A DNA stretch of 64,000 nt, taken from Leptogorgia sarmentosa (lineage: Eukaryota). How positions within the stretch are numbered: the stretch's first letter is position 1; each line of letters starts with the position of its first letter. The notes under the pieces were generated by a model. The model saw only the letters and a list, made by a program, of their open reading frames with translations. It searched no databases and was not told the origin of the DNA. Below, in pieces: positions 12,431-25,300 of this stretch. The translations under genes and the position numbers were made by a program. The stretch covers positions 23,312,001 through 23,376,000 of the forward strand of contig OZ210885.1 of the NCBI GenBank assembly GCA_964658305.1. Direction: 5' to 3'.

Positions 12431-13117
12431 CTGAATAGGTGGACCTACAGTTAGGAGTCTGCTTTTAAATGACAAGCTGCATTGTTTTGATATGCTGACA
12501 ATCATTGACACAGCACTGGTTGTAGCATTAGGTTTCAAATTATTTATTTCCCCATTTGGTTTTGAAATAGATGTGGCCATAGAAGCACCTGAAAGTATTC
12601 AACGCATTTACCTTCGTGACGTGATAAATTGTGTCCCCCCAACTACTCTTGGGGGGTAACAGTTTGTCACTGTTGAGTCGTATTGCTCGGGAATGTGTGC
12701 TATCTGGTGCCGGCATGTAGTGGAGACCAGTAGCACAGGGACATTGCGATCTCAAAGTGCTTAAATGGAGAGTATTATCATTTTCAGAGTCATCTCAACC
12801 TCCTTCTCACCATGGCACACAACCACATATTCTTCAGTATCTATTTAATATTAAAGTTAATCATTTTAACAAATACACTATTACTATATAAATAAAAACT
12901 ATACACTTTGTACCACAAGAATATCTATTTCTCGGATCTCAAAAAAACTTATTTCATATGCAAGTTTATCACTATTCTTTCATGTGCATGACAAAGGAAA
13001 TGCAAAAAATGTACAAAATATATTAATACATATTGAATTCATGAATATTTATTAACTGCATTAAATTACTTAAATTTGAATACACTTACCGACGATTGTG
13101 ACCACATTTTCCGCCAT
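12431..13117 (-). pseudogene. Spliced gene fragment with a TDP-43 N-terminal-like domain
   Basis: Exon 1 MAENVVTIV|GTAAG (13117-13090). Exon 2 (12840-12431, AG..GT) reads, with a 1-nt frameshift near 12782, EEYVVVCHGEKEVEMTL-NDNTLHLSTLRSQCPCATGLHYM..RAIRLNSDKLLPPKSSWGDTIYHV. This aligns by eye with the TDP-43 NTD (EYIRV..IEIP..DGTVLLSTV.AQFPGACGLRY..RGVRL..L.AP..WGN.VYVV). Confidence 0.6.
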
Positions 13118-13516
13118 TGAGAGCAGATATAGATGTACTGCGATATTCCCCTTACTATCCCAATTGTTCCCAAATATCACATGCTAAACTCCACTAATCC
13201 CCCAACCACTGGGGGCAATTTTGCGAGCAAATCCCCTGTGATCTCCCACATCTCCCCGGGGTGGGGGTGTTGAGGATTCCCAATGACCAGTGCATAATTA
13301 AATCATTTGCTAGTGGTTTTTGTTTCTTTTTTGAATTTGTGTAATAGTGAAAAACTAATCTATATGTATACAATTTTGTTCTTTTTGCAAGATATTTATG
13401 GTTGTTTTGCATCCTTGATATAGTAAACTTGGAACCACTATGGAATATCAATAAACAGGAAATCGTACAGTACCAATACATATTACACAATATTGTCAGC
13501 TGTCAGTGACAGGAAG

Positions 13517-14783
13517 CTAATCATGTTTCTTCAAATTAAGGTATTTGCAGAACGAATTACACAAATGCTCCTTTATGAAATTGTCAATGGCCTCTCTTGA
13601 CAAATTTCCTGTAGTAAACATTACCTTTTGGTTGTGTAACAGCTGAGCAGAAGCTATCTCTGGATCAAAAAGATGGTTTCCAACACCTTGGACATCTACC
13701 AACATTACCTCCTGATTGGAGCTCTGAAAAGAAAAGTGCACCAAGCATTCTGCTTTCTTCTGCAAGGATTCATTATTGTTCTTGCAAATTATGCCATCAT
13801 TGTTCACATACTTAACCATTTCACCATCAATGAATTCCCCAACAGACACAACTTCACCGTCAGGAAGTTTTCCCATAAAAATGCTCTTATAGCACATCAT
13901 CTCACCAAAGACCTCTTCTAGGCCTAGTCTGGCAACTTCACTTTCCAATTTTGCAGCAAAGGTTTGGGCCAGGTAGTGCATTTGCACGACTTTTTTTGTG
14001 TGTGCCTGTAATGTCTGGTTGGTTTCTTCAATTTCTTTTGCAGCTGATTCTTTGTAACGTTTCACAACCCACTGGCAATGTTCAAATTCTCTAGTGGTGG
14101 AAGTAGCTTTGTATGCTTTCCTAAAGCCGCCTTCTCCGAGCAAATTAGTTGATATAACGAATTCTACAGGGAGTGGTATGGTTGACCAAATCATCATTTC
14201 CAAATTGAAACTAAACAGGTGAAGAAGGGTGATGCTGCCACTACCACATTACCCTTCCCAACTTCAAAATGGTAGAAACAGATAAGCTTTTAGGGACAAC
14301 ATTCTTCTGTGTCTCTCTTGTTTTCTTCTCAGGACTTGGTAAAGATCTGGGCATCAGTGAAATACCTACACTGTTGTGCTTACGTTTTAAACTGAAATCT
14401 CACATTATTTCCCCCCTTTAACTTCTATAACGTTCTCAGATTCATCCTCAATAAATCGTACATGGATCAGTTTTACGTTGGGTACTTGTTTAATGCTATA
14501 GCACGATGGGCCTTGCTCACCTGTGAGCACATCACAGACCATATCTCCACCAATCTTTAGCCCGAAATGCTTCATACAGGCATCCTTTGTTCTCAATCGT
14601 CAGTTCACGGTCAGCAAAGTCCACAAATTCTCTAGGTCCAATTCTAGTGTACTTCTGTGCCTTTCCAGACACACTAGAACTCAAGCGCTGAATTACGATC
14701 TCATCTCTGGAATCCTTTTGAGCTTTCTTCCATGCTCTTTTGAGCTTCATTTCCTCCCTGAACTTTTTCCACTTCTCCACCAT
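13517..14783 (-). pseudogene. Alpha-kinase (eEF2K/TRPM-kinase fold) with an N-terminal extension, cargo of IS3EU-type unit 3
   Basis: Uninterrupted kinase domain at 13517-14203: GEGGFRKAY, WVVKRY, EFIDG..VKYVNNDG, VHFSF, MLVDVQG, DPEIAS, GNLS, HLCNSFC. The upstream part is broken by a frameshift (about 14595) and a stop (14405). Confidence 0.85.
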
Positions 14784-14828
14784 TTTGTTTCGCGCACATG
14801 CATGTGAATCCCGTAGTGCATCATGGTC

Positions 14829-15070
14829 TATGGCAGCGATGGGCCATGTGGATTTTCATTTCTTTTTTCAAAAAAAAAATTTAATTCTTATGGCAGCGAT
14901 GGGCCATAAGTGTATTTGCTTTCAATTTATAGTATATTTTGTTTTTATTTCATTTTATTTTTTTTTTAATGAAATTATTTTGTTTTTAAAATGAAATGAT
15001 TTTCATATTATTTTTATTTTGAAAATGAATTTAAATTTGAAATTTCTTATGGCAGCGATGGGCCACCATA
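14829..15070 (-). mobile_element. IS3EU-type right terminus with subterminal repeats (unit 3)
   Basis: TATGGCAGCGATGGGCCA occurs three times (14829, 14889, 15048). The end ..GGGCCACCATA reads TATGGTGGCCC on the minus strand, similar to the unit 2 start TATGGAAGCC. I did not find a left end. Confidence 0.55.
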
Positions 15071-15387
15071 GTCCCCCCTATGCCCGACCCCCAGGATTGA
15101 CGCCCTTGTACCAAATAGAGGGGCAATTTCATTATAGAGGGCCATTTTCATTATAGAGGGTTGTTCTATAACGTTTGCCATCTTGAAAGCGTTATTTAGC
15201 AGGTGCTTTCTCGACTTTCCTGCAAGTGTCAAAACTGATTGCACATCCCTAACTTGCACCCCCACATTAAAAGCATAAAAGCACCTGTGGAGTAGTCAAG
15301 TTATCAACATGGAAAATCTTTTGCATTTCTTTATAATATAGCACAGATATGCAGGATATTTTGCAAGAAATTTTCATGTGTACATTC

Positions 15388-15702
15388 GGTCAGCACTAGA
15401 TCATGTACAGCACACATCTGCGTCTGCTGTACATTCATGTCAGCGGTGATAGAAATTTCTTTTGGCGTATTCACAAAATAAATCAGTCCCAAACCATAAA
15501 TCTGACTTTAACCTTTGGTTATGGTTTGGGACTGGTGGTTTGGGACCTTTGGTTATGGTTTGGGACTGGTGGTTAGGGTCAGATTTATGGTTTGGGACTG
15601 GTTTATTTTGTGAATACACCAATAGAAATTTCTATCACCGCTGACGTGAATGTACAGCAGTCGCAGATATGTGTGTAAGGTCACCATGATCTAGTGCCGA
15701 CC
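15388..15702. mobile_element. Long-TIR palindromic MITE family, copy 1 (9-bp TSD; MuDR- or Merlin-like)
   Basis: GGTC(A/G)GCACTAGATCATG ends. TSD TGTACATTC at 15379-15387 and 15703-15711. Confidence 0.85.
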
Positions 15703-16226
15703 TGTACATTCACTTTACACATATAAACATGGATATTAGCCAAATAGTGTTAATGCTTAGAATAACAAATGCTAATATTGGAAGGAAATATTGTAAGATC
15801 AAACAACAGGGAAGGGTAAGTCGCATGGTCATTTGGCATCTTATTGACAAGCACGACATAGAAAGAAGGTCATGAAGGTATATCTCAAAGTACAATTGCT
15901 TACTCTCTGCAATGCATACAAGGTTACATTCAATACACATGCCAACAATCCGGTTTTAGCTGCTGTGTTAAAACAAGCTATACGACTAAACAGTGAAATT
16001 CCAAACTTGTCTTCAGTTGACAAAAGGCAATTGCCTTCATGTGAAACAGTGCATATTTATAGTACAATTTGCAAGAGGACTTGCACACTTACTGCTTCAA
16101 CATGTAATCTGAACTATAAACAAATTATGAGAGCTCACACCATTTCACACCACTGGTATACATAGTCAATTATGGACAAAGTAAAAGAACAAGAAATTTC
16201 ATTTTGTTATGTCCTCAGAAATACAC

Positions 16227-19200
16227 TGTTATACCACTCGAAACTTAACTTTAATCTCCTTAAATAACAACCTTCTCTTATCGCTCCCGCACATGGTCCT
16301 CACCCTCAAAGCACATGCGCAATATATCACATTTCCCTCTCTAACAAAAGTCTCTATTCATAACGATTAATTTAACTATAAATTGTCAACGATAACAACG
16401 TAAAAGTTCTTTAAAGTTAATGATCTGTTCTTCCACAATTAGCTCTTAACGGATAACATCTTTCAGCGGAACCCAAGTTATTCGCACTTGAATTATCAGT
16501 AACAGAGTTTTCATTATCGTTCCTTGCTACTAGTACCCGAGGTTTTTCCATCTCTGTCCGACTTTTCAGATAATTGTTCTGCTTCCGGTGTCCCACTCTT
16601 TTCCAAACAGATCTCAACTTCATCCCAATCGTTTTCTGGTTCAATCTGCGGATTGTATTTGACTAACTGATCTACATGTCGTTTCCACAGATATCCAGGT
16701 ACTCTAACCATGTAATGCCTTCAACCAAGAACTTCAGTGACCACTCCAGAAATCCATTTCTCTTTCCCTTGATAATTATGTGCTAAGACATTTTCCCCTT
16801 CAACAAAGGATCACACCTTTAAATTCGCAGAACGTTCGGGGACTTTGTATTGCCTTTGCTTCACATGTTCCTGAACAGAAGGAAAGACTAGATCAAGTCG
16901 TGTTCGCAAATGTCTGCCCATAAGTAAAACTGAAGGTGCCGCACCAGTTGTAGAATGTGGTGAATTACAATACACTAGTAAGCTCTTAGCAATAACCACG
17001 TTCGCATCATGTTGAGTTATTTCGAGCTTGCTCAATCGCTGATTTCAAAATTTGAACCACTCGTTCAACTTGACCGTTCGTTGAAGGTTTGTAGGCTGCA
17101 GAAGTTCGATGCATAATTTCGTTGTTACGGCAGAACTGTTGAAACACACCGGCAATGATTTGCGGTCCGTTATCAGAAACTAATATTTCCGGAAGACCAT
17201 GGCAGCTAAAGATATCTCGCAGTGCATTTATAGTAGTTGTTGTAGTAGTAATTTTAACAACTTCTGGAAACTTGCTGTAAGCATCAACTACCACCAGATA
17301 CATTTTCCCAGAAATAGGCCCAGCAAAGTCAATATGAATGCGCGACCAAGGCTGTGATGGAAAGGTCCAGGCATGTATTGGCGCTTTTGCTGGCTCTGAT
17401 CGCATTTTCTGGCAAACAGAGCAAGTGGACACAGTCTGTTCAATGTCAGAATCAATCTTTGGCCACCAGACATAAGACCTCGCAAGCCCTTTCATTCTTG
17501 TCATGCCCGGATGGGTGTCATGTAATTCGGTTAGCATTGTACTTAGAAGCGATGGAGGAACAACAACCCGAGCTCCCCAAAGGATGCATCCTTGATGAAG
17601 AGTTAGTTGATCACTTCTGTTTTTGTACGGAATCATATCAGCATCAACTACAGAGGGCCAACCACTTTGTATGTATCTATATACTAAAGAAAGAACACGA
17701 TTAGATGACGTAGGTACACCACAGAAGACTGGAGAAATTTGCACTTAGATTTGTTTAACTTGAAACCAAACCTAAGCAATCTTTTTAGCACGTGGGACAA
17801 AGTATTCAGATGATCTTCATAATCAGTTCCAGCAATAAGAATGTCATCCAATCTGCTAAAAGTTTTCGGAATATCTGCTAATAATTCGTCCATAATTCTC
17901 TAAAATATAGCAGGACATGAATGAATCCCATTAGGCAATCTTTTAAAAGCAAAGAGACCCAGATGGGTGTTTATAGTAAGATACTTCTGAGACCCAGTTG
18001 AAATGGGAATTTGATGATAAGCTTGCTTCAAGTCTAACACACTAAATACTTGACAGCCCCTCAATGCAGAATGCATATCTTCTATTTTAGGCATTGGATA
18101 AGTCTCAACTTCAGCACATGCATTATAAGTAACACTGAAATCAGCACAAACTCGAACTTCATTGCCGTCCTTTTTGCCCACCGTAATAATAGGGGCAGCA
18201 CTAACAGCAGAAGAAACCCTCTCGATAACCATCTTTTTCCATTTCTAGTACAGCACTTTCAACTCTTTTCTGTATTGCATATGGAACTGGATGTGCTTTA
18301 TGGAATTTAGCTCCCTTACTTTCATTGAGGACTACAGCATCGAGTATAACATGCAAGTTGAGGTTGAAACAGTTCATCATATTTTGATAGGAGTGAGTCC
18401 AATGTAGTCTTATTTTCAGAAATATTGGAGCATGTAGCTGTGGTAGTAAATGACGGTAACACAATTCCAGGCAAATTGTTCCAATCTAACTTTATATACC
18501 TTAGCCAGTTTCTTCCAAATAAGACACCAGAGCCCTGTGGTACGACCAGTAAGGGAAGAGAGTGCAGAGTTCCAGGATAAGTAACATTAACATTGATTTG
18601 TCCCAAAGGTTGAATCTTTTCACCGGTATAGGTAGATAATCTCACTGCGGTAGGTTTTAAAGGGATATGGGAACAAAATTGGTCATAAAAGGTTTGGGGG
18701 GGCCAAGGACAATGCACAACCAGTATCTAATTGTAAGGAACACTCTTGTGTAAGGAACACTCTTGATTCTCAATCTTCAAAGGTACGGAAATTTCTTATT
18801 TGTATGGGGAGTTAATATCAAAAATTGTAAATAACTCTTCCTCAAGAAACACATCATCTGAACTCAGTTTCTGTTCGACAAAATTATTTTGCATGTTACC
18901 TCTCTTGCAAACGACCAATGTGACCAGTTCGCTTACATCGGCTGCATACAACCTTTCTGAATCTACACTGGGCCCGAGAATGGTCAGTACCTCCAGGAAT
19001 AACAGGCGTATGAAAATTTCTGGGCGGTAGGCAATGGTGGTCTTTGGTTATTGGAATTTGGTGTATTCTTGCTATTTGAAAACTTATCAGGCATTTGATT
19101 TCTGCCCACAGCATGCACAGATTTGTTCATTGGTTTCGTATTGTTTTGAAATGCTAAGGACTCCTTACTAGCAACTTCATCAGCTATGGCCACTTTTAAC

Positions 19201-19452
19201 ACATCTGTAACGATTATACTTATTTTGAATAATTTATATAGTTTATACTTATTAGGAATAATTTGCATGAATAATTGATAGGCATGTATCTTGTATAAAA
19301 GTCGGTACACGAAGTTAAATAAGGGTTACTTAGTCCGAGCAGTGAACATTACAACATCTTGAAAAGTACGGTCTTCATTCAGTAACTTTTTCCGAGTAGC
19401 TGAATTACGAATTCCACATTGATCACGCAGAGAACGGTTTAGGAACTGACCA
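16227..19452 (-). mobile_element. Decayed Ty3/Gypsy retrotransposon (gag-PR-RT-IN, 3' LTR)
   Basis: RT motifs VRVCADF, FSVLDLKQAYHQI and RLDDILI. Integrase motifs HDTHPG..CSVC, RIHIDFAGP, VSDNGPQ and STNGQVER. The RNase H is deleted. PPT AGAGAGGGAAA (16332-16342, minus) is followed by a TG..CA LTR at about 16227-16331. Confidence 0.85.
19206..19353. mobile_element. Solo LTR inserted in Gypsy gag
   Basis: TGTAA...TTACA ends with 5-bp TSD ACATC (19201-19205 and 19354-19358). Removing it restores the gag frame RTFQDVLKVAIADE. Confidence 0.85.
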
Positions 19453-19749
19453 TATAAGCTCATCAATCTCTTTCCTGAACAATTCATTAGTTAATGGGGT
19501 GGAAGGGTTACACAACGCAGAATACCGGGAATTAGGATGCAGTCAAAAGAGCTCACATTGTTTTTGATTAAATTCCAAATTAGCAGACAAAGCAAGGACA
19601 ATAGCATGTGTTAGTGTGATTTTTAATTCATCTGTAGCATGAATAATAGCACACAGCAACGCAACAAGTAACTTCTGACATTGCTGCAGTGAGGTATCTA
19701 GCGTCTTTGGCAGCAGTTTCAGTTGATGCCAGACGGCTTTGTCGCGTAG

Positions 19750-20780
19750 AGTGTATTCTATGTTTTACTACGTTATCTAAAGGTCCAAATAGGTATTTGG
19801 TTCAAAATAAGGGTGAATTTAGACAAGATAAGTGATCTTGACTTTGTAGTTACCCAATATCGGCATATATTTGCCGTGGTTGCTTCAGAGCTTTGCAACA
19901 AAGAAGAAACGCGAAGAAAAAGCTTCAAGATCTCAACGAGAAAATTTTATGCCAATATTGCGATAACGCTACAACAAGAAGCCTTTTGGTTAGGAGGAAA
20001 GCGACGAAAAGCCGTTCGTTGTCGCCGAAAGTGAGAGTGAGGATAAAGACCAAATTAAGATAAAAAATAAAACCAAATTGAAAGCAAAGGGACTGTAGAC
20101 ACAGTCACAGATCGATCTGAGCCTTTGGAATTTGAGCCACAGCTAACATCAACACCAAAAAAAACCTAAAAAGCTGCGGGCCGTGGAAAATGTTCCTAGG
20201 AAATCGTCTTATGTATTGGTTAAGGTTCACTGGGAAAGCAAAGAATCCTGTAGGATATTGCCTGATGATCTCGAGTCGTTAGGGAAAATGCTATGTAGGG
20301 AAACATACACGCAAGTTGCTCACACTGCTTGGCGTTGCCAATGTGTGAGAGATCATCCATCCTCTTTCTTCGAGAAATCGATCGTGAGTGTTCAAATGTA
20401 TGCTCCAGGAAGAATCCAAGCATCTTGCACCGAACCAGTAAAGAAGATATAGTGGAATTTTCCCCAAACAAGCTGGACTGTGAACTGAAGACAAGAACAC
20501 CATTGCTGAGAAGTGTGTTAAGGGTAGCTTGTTTTAGAAAAAGTAACGTGCAAAGGAACAATCTCTATTGGATGCCAGCAGTATGTATGGCCTCTGCAAT
20601 TTGCCTGAAGAATAGATCTCCCTATTTGACTGCTGTTCATTTAGACATTCTTGGGTATGATATATGAGAATGAAAACACAAACGAAGGAATTCAAGCAGT
20701 TGTTGATGAATTCTACCAGTATGTCCCTGGAGCTGTAACGAAAAATGGCATTACGTTTTCTGGTCAAGGTGTTGTTGGTG
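19750..20780 (+). pseudogene. Internally deleted transposase-like gene (DUF6589-like), convergent with the RecQ gene
   Basis: LESLGKMLCR..REIDRECSNVCSRKNPSIL..ELKTRTPLL..ASICLKNRS is joined to ILGMIYENENTNEGIQAVVDEFYQYVP. The family assignment is from memory of the motif pattern. Confidence 0.5.
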
Positions 20781-21127
20781 TTATATTTTCACATGATGAA
20801 AAATTGTACTGGAATGTTTTTGTACATCCACCCTTGATGCCAGAGCATAAACATTCTTGGGCACAAACATTACAACACTGGCAACCTTCAAACCACAATC
20901 TCATGGTCACCAGAAAAGTGTTTCAAAATTTTTCTTCGGTGACATCTCTCTTTGTTGTTGATCAGCTCCTTCATATCCGCAGAACAATGAGATGTCAACA
21001 AGCCATTATAAAAAAGTATACACTGACTCTGTACACCATCTCGGCCAAAACGACCACACTCCTGCAAATAACTTTCTACTGTCTGAGGGACCAAAATGGA
21101 TCACCTTCCTTGCTGCTTTGATATCTA

Positions 21128-21939
21128 CAGGGTGTATCAAAAAAAACGCAATCCAAGTTTAAGGCTTTATAACCAAAATAATATAGATTTCCATGTCTTA
21201 ACTTTTAGTTCATGTTTTAGCCCTATCTTTTTTCTACTCAATAAGTGGTTGATTGTGACTTTTTCGGCCATTTAGGACTTCAAAATAAGTGATTTACTGC
21301 AAGCAGTAATTTTTAGATGCTTCTAATTCGACGTTCTTAATTCCGAAGGGGACGTTATCGTTGCATGCGAATATTTTGTTTGAAATATTTTCGCGAAATA
21401 ATTTTAAAGTCTTAGGCATCATGCCACAGCTCACTACAGCAGAAATAACTTTTATTGTTGAAGGTTACTTTGTAACAAAAAGTATTCAGGAAGTTTTAAG
21501 ATTGTTTCGAATAGCTTTCCCGGATCGACAAGTCCCAAATTCGACGACCGTTTGGCGTAACGTACTTAAATACCGGCAGATAGCGCTTGAAGCAGATGCT
21601 TTACATGGAAATCATGAACAAATAAGAAGAGTTGCACGAGAAATGCAACGTCGAAGTGATTTGTGTGTGGTGAGAAAGCCAGGCCACGTTGAATGATTGT
21701 AACCAACTAAAGTTAAATTTTTAATAAATTCAAGCTATCTCAAATTTTAAATTGTCCAATCACACTTACTAAAAATATGATTACTCGCTCATTTCCAACT
21801 CAAATTTAACAAACAAGCAGTCTTAAGAAAGCGGAATGATAGAGCTTTCTAACGGTGGTAAATATAGCCTATTTTCTAATACTTTTCGTTATGAAAATTG
21901 CATTTGAACGTAGGATTGCGTTTTTTTTTATACACCCTG
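21128..21939 (+). mobile_element. Internally deleted mariner-like element (DD41D/rosa-type remnant)
   Basis: TIR CAGGGTGTAT.AAAAAAAACGCAATCC at both ends with a TA TSD. The ORF 21421-21696 fuses an N-terminal HTH (DUF4817-like) to the C-terminal RR..LC...GHVE tail. Confidence 0.8.
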
Positions 21940-21966
21940 TATTCCCATTCCAAATGCAATAGTGGA

Positions 21967-22346
21967 TGTTGCGTTCTCGACACACCACGAGAGGTTGCTG
22001 CTGCGTCAAGTTCGCTTGAATTTAACCACTGCGTTGTGCAAACACACTCCAATTTATTTTAGCAAAATTGCACGTAAACAAAGCGGTAAAAACTAAGAAT
22101 AATACAAGGAAAACGTGTAAATAAAGGCTATAACTAATATACATACTACTGATACAAACTACAAATACATATTACTAAACTTACTTCTGATTTTGACGAT
22201 ATATAAAGTACTTTTACTATAATAATAATTCGACTGTTTCTATCCTTTTGAAAAACAACGTGTTCGCTACGTCTTTGAGCTGGAAGTAATCTACCGCTAG
22301 GCGATCTACTTCATTTAAGTATAACATAATATCAACGAACGTCACA
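21967..22346 (-). repeat. BEL 3' LTR
   Basis: Direct repeat of 28804-29183; I see two substitutions by eye. The purine-rich GGACGAGGAG immediately upstream on the minus strand is PPT-like. Confidence 0.95.
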
Positions 22347-22379
22347 CTCCTCGTCCAAGGATGACTACATCCTTGCTAC

Positions 22380-25300
22380 TCTTTCTCACCGTCCTTTGCA
22401 TCTTGCTTAATTCCGTCTTCAGGTACCAGAAGGATGAGCTCCTTGATAGGGCGAAACATAACTTTCCTTTGTCCATTTCTTACGATCGCGACATGCGCTT
22501 TTCTCACCCTTCCATCTTCACTTTTCATGGCGTCCGTCACTTTTCATGGCGTCCGTCACTTTCCGAGCGGCCAGTCATTACGGTATTTTCCTTCTTTCAT
22601 CAGTACTACGTCTCCTTCAACGAGGTCTCTCTGCGGCTGGTTCCACTTTTTTCTTGGCTGTAGAGACTGCAGATATTCTCGGCACCATCTCAGCCAGAAC
22701 TGGTCGGCAAGGTACTGTACTCGTTTCCACCGACGGTGAGCGTACAAATCTGTAGATACGAAGTTGCCAGGTGGAGGTCTAAGAGGACGGGTCTTCATCA
22801 TGATTATCATAGCAGGTGACAACGGCTGCGGGTCGTCTACGTCTGTGGGTATCGCAGTCAATGGCCGAGCATTGACAATTCCTGTTACTTCCGCCATCAA
22901 GGTCGATAAAAGTTCGTGGGTTAGCTGAGCTTTGCCGAGTTCCACGAACATGCCATCTAAAACACGACGAATGGTGCCGATCTGTCTCTCCCATACGCCG
23001 CCAAAATGGGATGCATGCGGTGGATTCATTTCCCATTTGCATCCTTGTTCCGTGACAAATCGTTGGATTTTTGCGAGATCCATCTCTTCAAAGGCATCTT
23101 GTAACTCTGACTTTCCTCCTACGAAGTTCGTCCCTTGATCGCATCGAAGTATTGCTGCTTGGCCTCGTAGTGCAAAGAAGCGTCTAAGGGCACAGATGAA
23201 GGCACTTGCATCGATGGACTCCAACAACTCGATGTGTATTGCTCTGCTAGTTAGGCAGGTGAACACCAGTCCCCAACGCTTCGACTTGGCCGCGCCACCT
23301 CTAGTTCTTCTAGTGTGGACTTCCCATGGACCGAACACATCAAACCCAACGTTGGTAAGGGGGGCACCAATTTCCATTCTATCTGCGGGTAGATCGGCCA
23401 TTTGCTGCTCCAAGGGTCGGCCTCGCAGTTTCTTGCAGGTCACACAGGAATGTATCTCTTTAGACACGACTTTGTATCCACCAACTATCCAGTAGCCAGC
23501 TTGGCGAACTGCGCCACGTGTAATGCACCTTCCTTGGTGATGGACTTGACCATGGTAGTGTCGGACTACCAGATTGGACACATGATCGTTACGTGGCAAA
23601 ATGATGGGGTGCTTTTCTCCTAGCTCAAGCTCCGCCCGCCGAAGACGTCCGCCGACAAGTAGTATTCCGTCGCCATCTACGAATGGGTCAAGTCGGTACA
23701 AACGAGTGCTTCTTTTCAACTTCTTGTTGGTACTATCTTTGAGGTGCCGTCTCGCATCTACGTTCTTATTTGTTCGCTGTAACTGCTGTAGTTCTTGGTC
23801 AAATTTCTCCCTTTGCGTTGCACGAACTATCACCATCTTCGCCTGTTCCAACACTTCTGTACTCGGATACTGCGGTACATTCTTCTCCTCTTCGGGTTGA
23901 TTCGCTTGGTTTCTCCGATGCTTGAACTTTCTTATTTTGACTATGAGGGTTGCGATCGCACGCTGGAGTGACAAGAGACTTGAGAATCGCTCGAACCTTT
24001 TTGCTCCTAATCCTGCGGCGTTGTTATCTGCCTTTACTGTAGTTGTCTTGGCAGTGACTTCCTTTCGTACTTCTGGATCACTTTCGCTGGGGATTTCGAT
24101 CTCTTTCATTGGAGGGATTGCATCGGGGCTCTCAAGGCATTCCGGTCCCTGCAGCCAGCTGGACTCCATCAATTTATTGGGTTTCACGCCACGTGTAGCT
24201 AGATCGGCAGGATTGCGTTCACTTTCGATATACCTCCACTGGTCTGGCGATGACAGGCTTCGTATCAGCTGGACTCGGTTTGCGACGTAGACGTAGAAAC
24301 GCTTGCTTTCGTTAGTAATGTAGCCTAGGACTACTTTCGAGTCGGTGTAGTAGGTGACTTGGGCAATTTCAAGGTCGATTTCCTTTAGTACCCGTTGTAC
24401 CGCCTCGACCAACAAGACTGCTTCACATAGCTCCAGACGAGGTATGCTGACAGGATGCATCGGTGCCAATCTGGCTTGACCATAGACGAACGATACAGAC
24501 ACTACTCCTCGTTCGTCCAAAAGCTTGAGGTATATTGCTGCTCCGACTGCGTCTTGGCTTGCGTCTGAGAAACCGTGTAACTCTGCTCTTGCCGTTGCTG
24601 CAAAGTCCTTTGGACGGTAGCATCTAGGAACAAAGACGTGTTCCAAGTCTTGTAGCGAGTCTTTCCAACACTGCCATCGACTCATGATCTTTTCAGGAAG
24701 AGGGTCGTCCCATGCCAGTGGGGTCTTGCCGTCAATTCCTTTACTTGTAGCTATCAGCTGTTGGAGTAGCTTTCTTCCTTCTAACATCGCAGGCGCTGCC
24801 ATTCCAAGGGGATCATATACGCTGTTGATGACTGAAATAACTCCTCTGCGGGTAAACGGTTTGTTTGGAAGGGAAACTTGAAATGTGAATGTGTCATTCT
24901 CGAGGTCCCAATAGACACCAAGGGATCGCTGGGCTGGAAGAGTGTCTCTTCGGAGATCCGAATCACGTACGCCTGTTGCTCTATCTTCCTTCGAAAGGGC
25001 TTCCATTAAGTCTACAGAGTTGGAGACAACTTTGTGCAGCCTCAAATTCGACGTTGCGAGGTGCTTGTGACGAGGTTGACGGCTTCTTCAGCTGTAGGAA
25101 GAGACGCTAGGCCATCGTCCACGTAGAAATTACGGTTCACGAAGTCCTTAACCTCCTCGCCGTGCTTCTCCTCATCCGCTACCGTTTTTCTCAGCCCAAA
25201 CGTGGCTACTGCTGGGCTTGGTCCGTTCCCAAACAGATGGACATTCATACGATATTCAACCACTCGCTTCTGGGGGTCGTTGTCTTCATACCAGAGGAAC

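Noticed and set aside
14829..15070. Three identical 18-bp repeats with AT-rich spacers, superficially CRISPR-like
   Set aside because: The spacers are unequal and low-complexity, the context is eukaryotic, and there are no cas genes. Transposon subterminal repeats explain them better.
15440..15644. Mirror-image ORFs on both strands (also at 31796, 45934, and 48532/52835)
   Set aside because: They are artefacts of palindromic MITEs and Sola3 TIRs.
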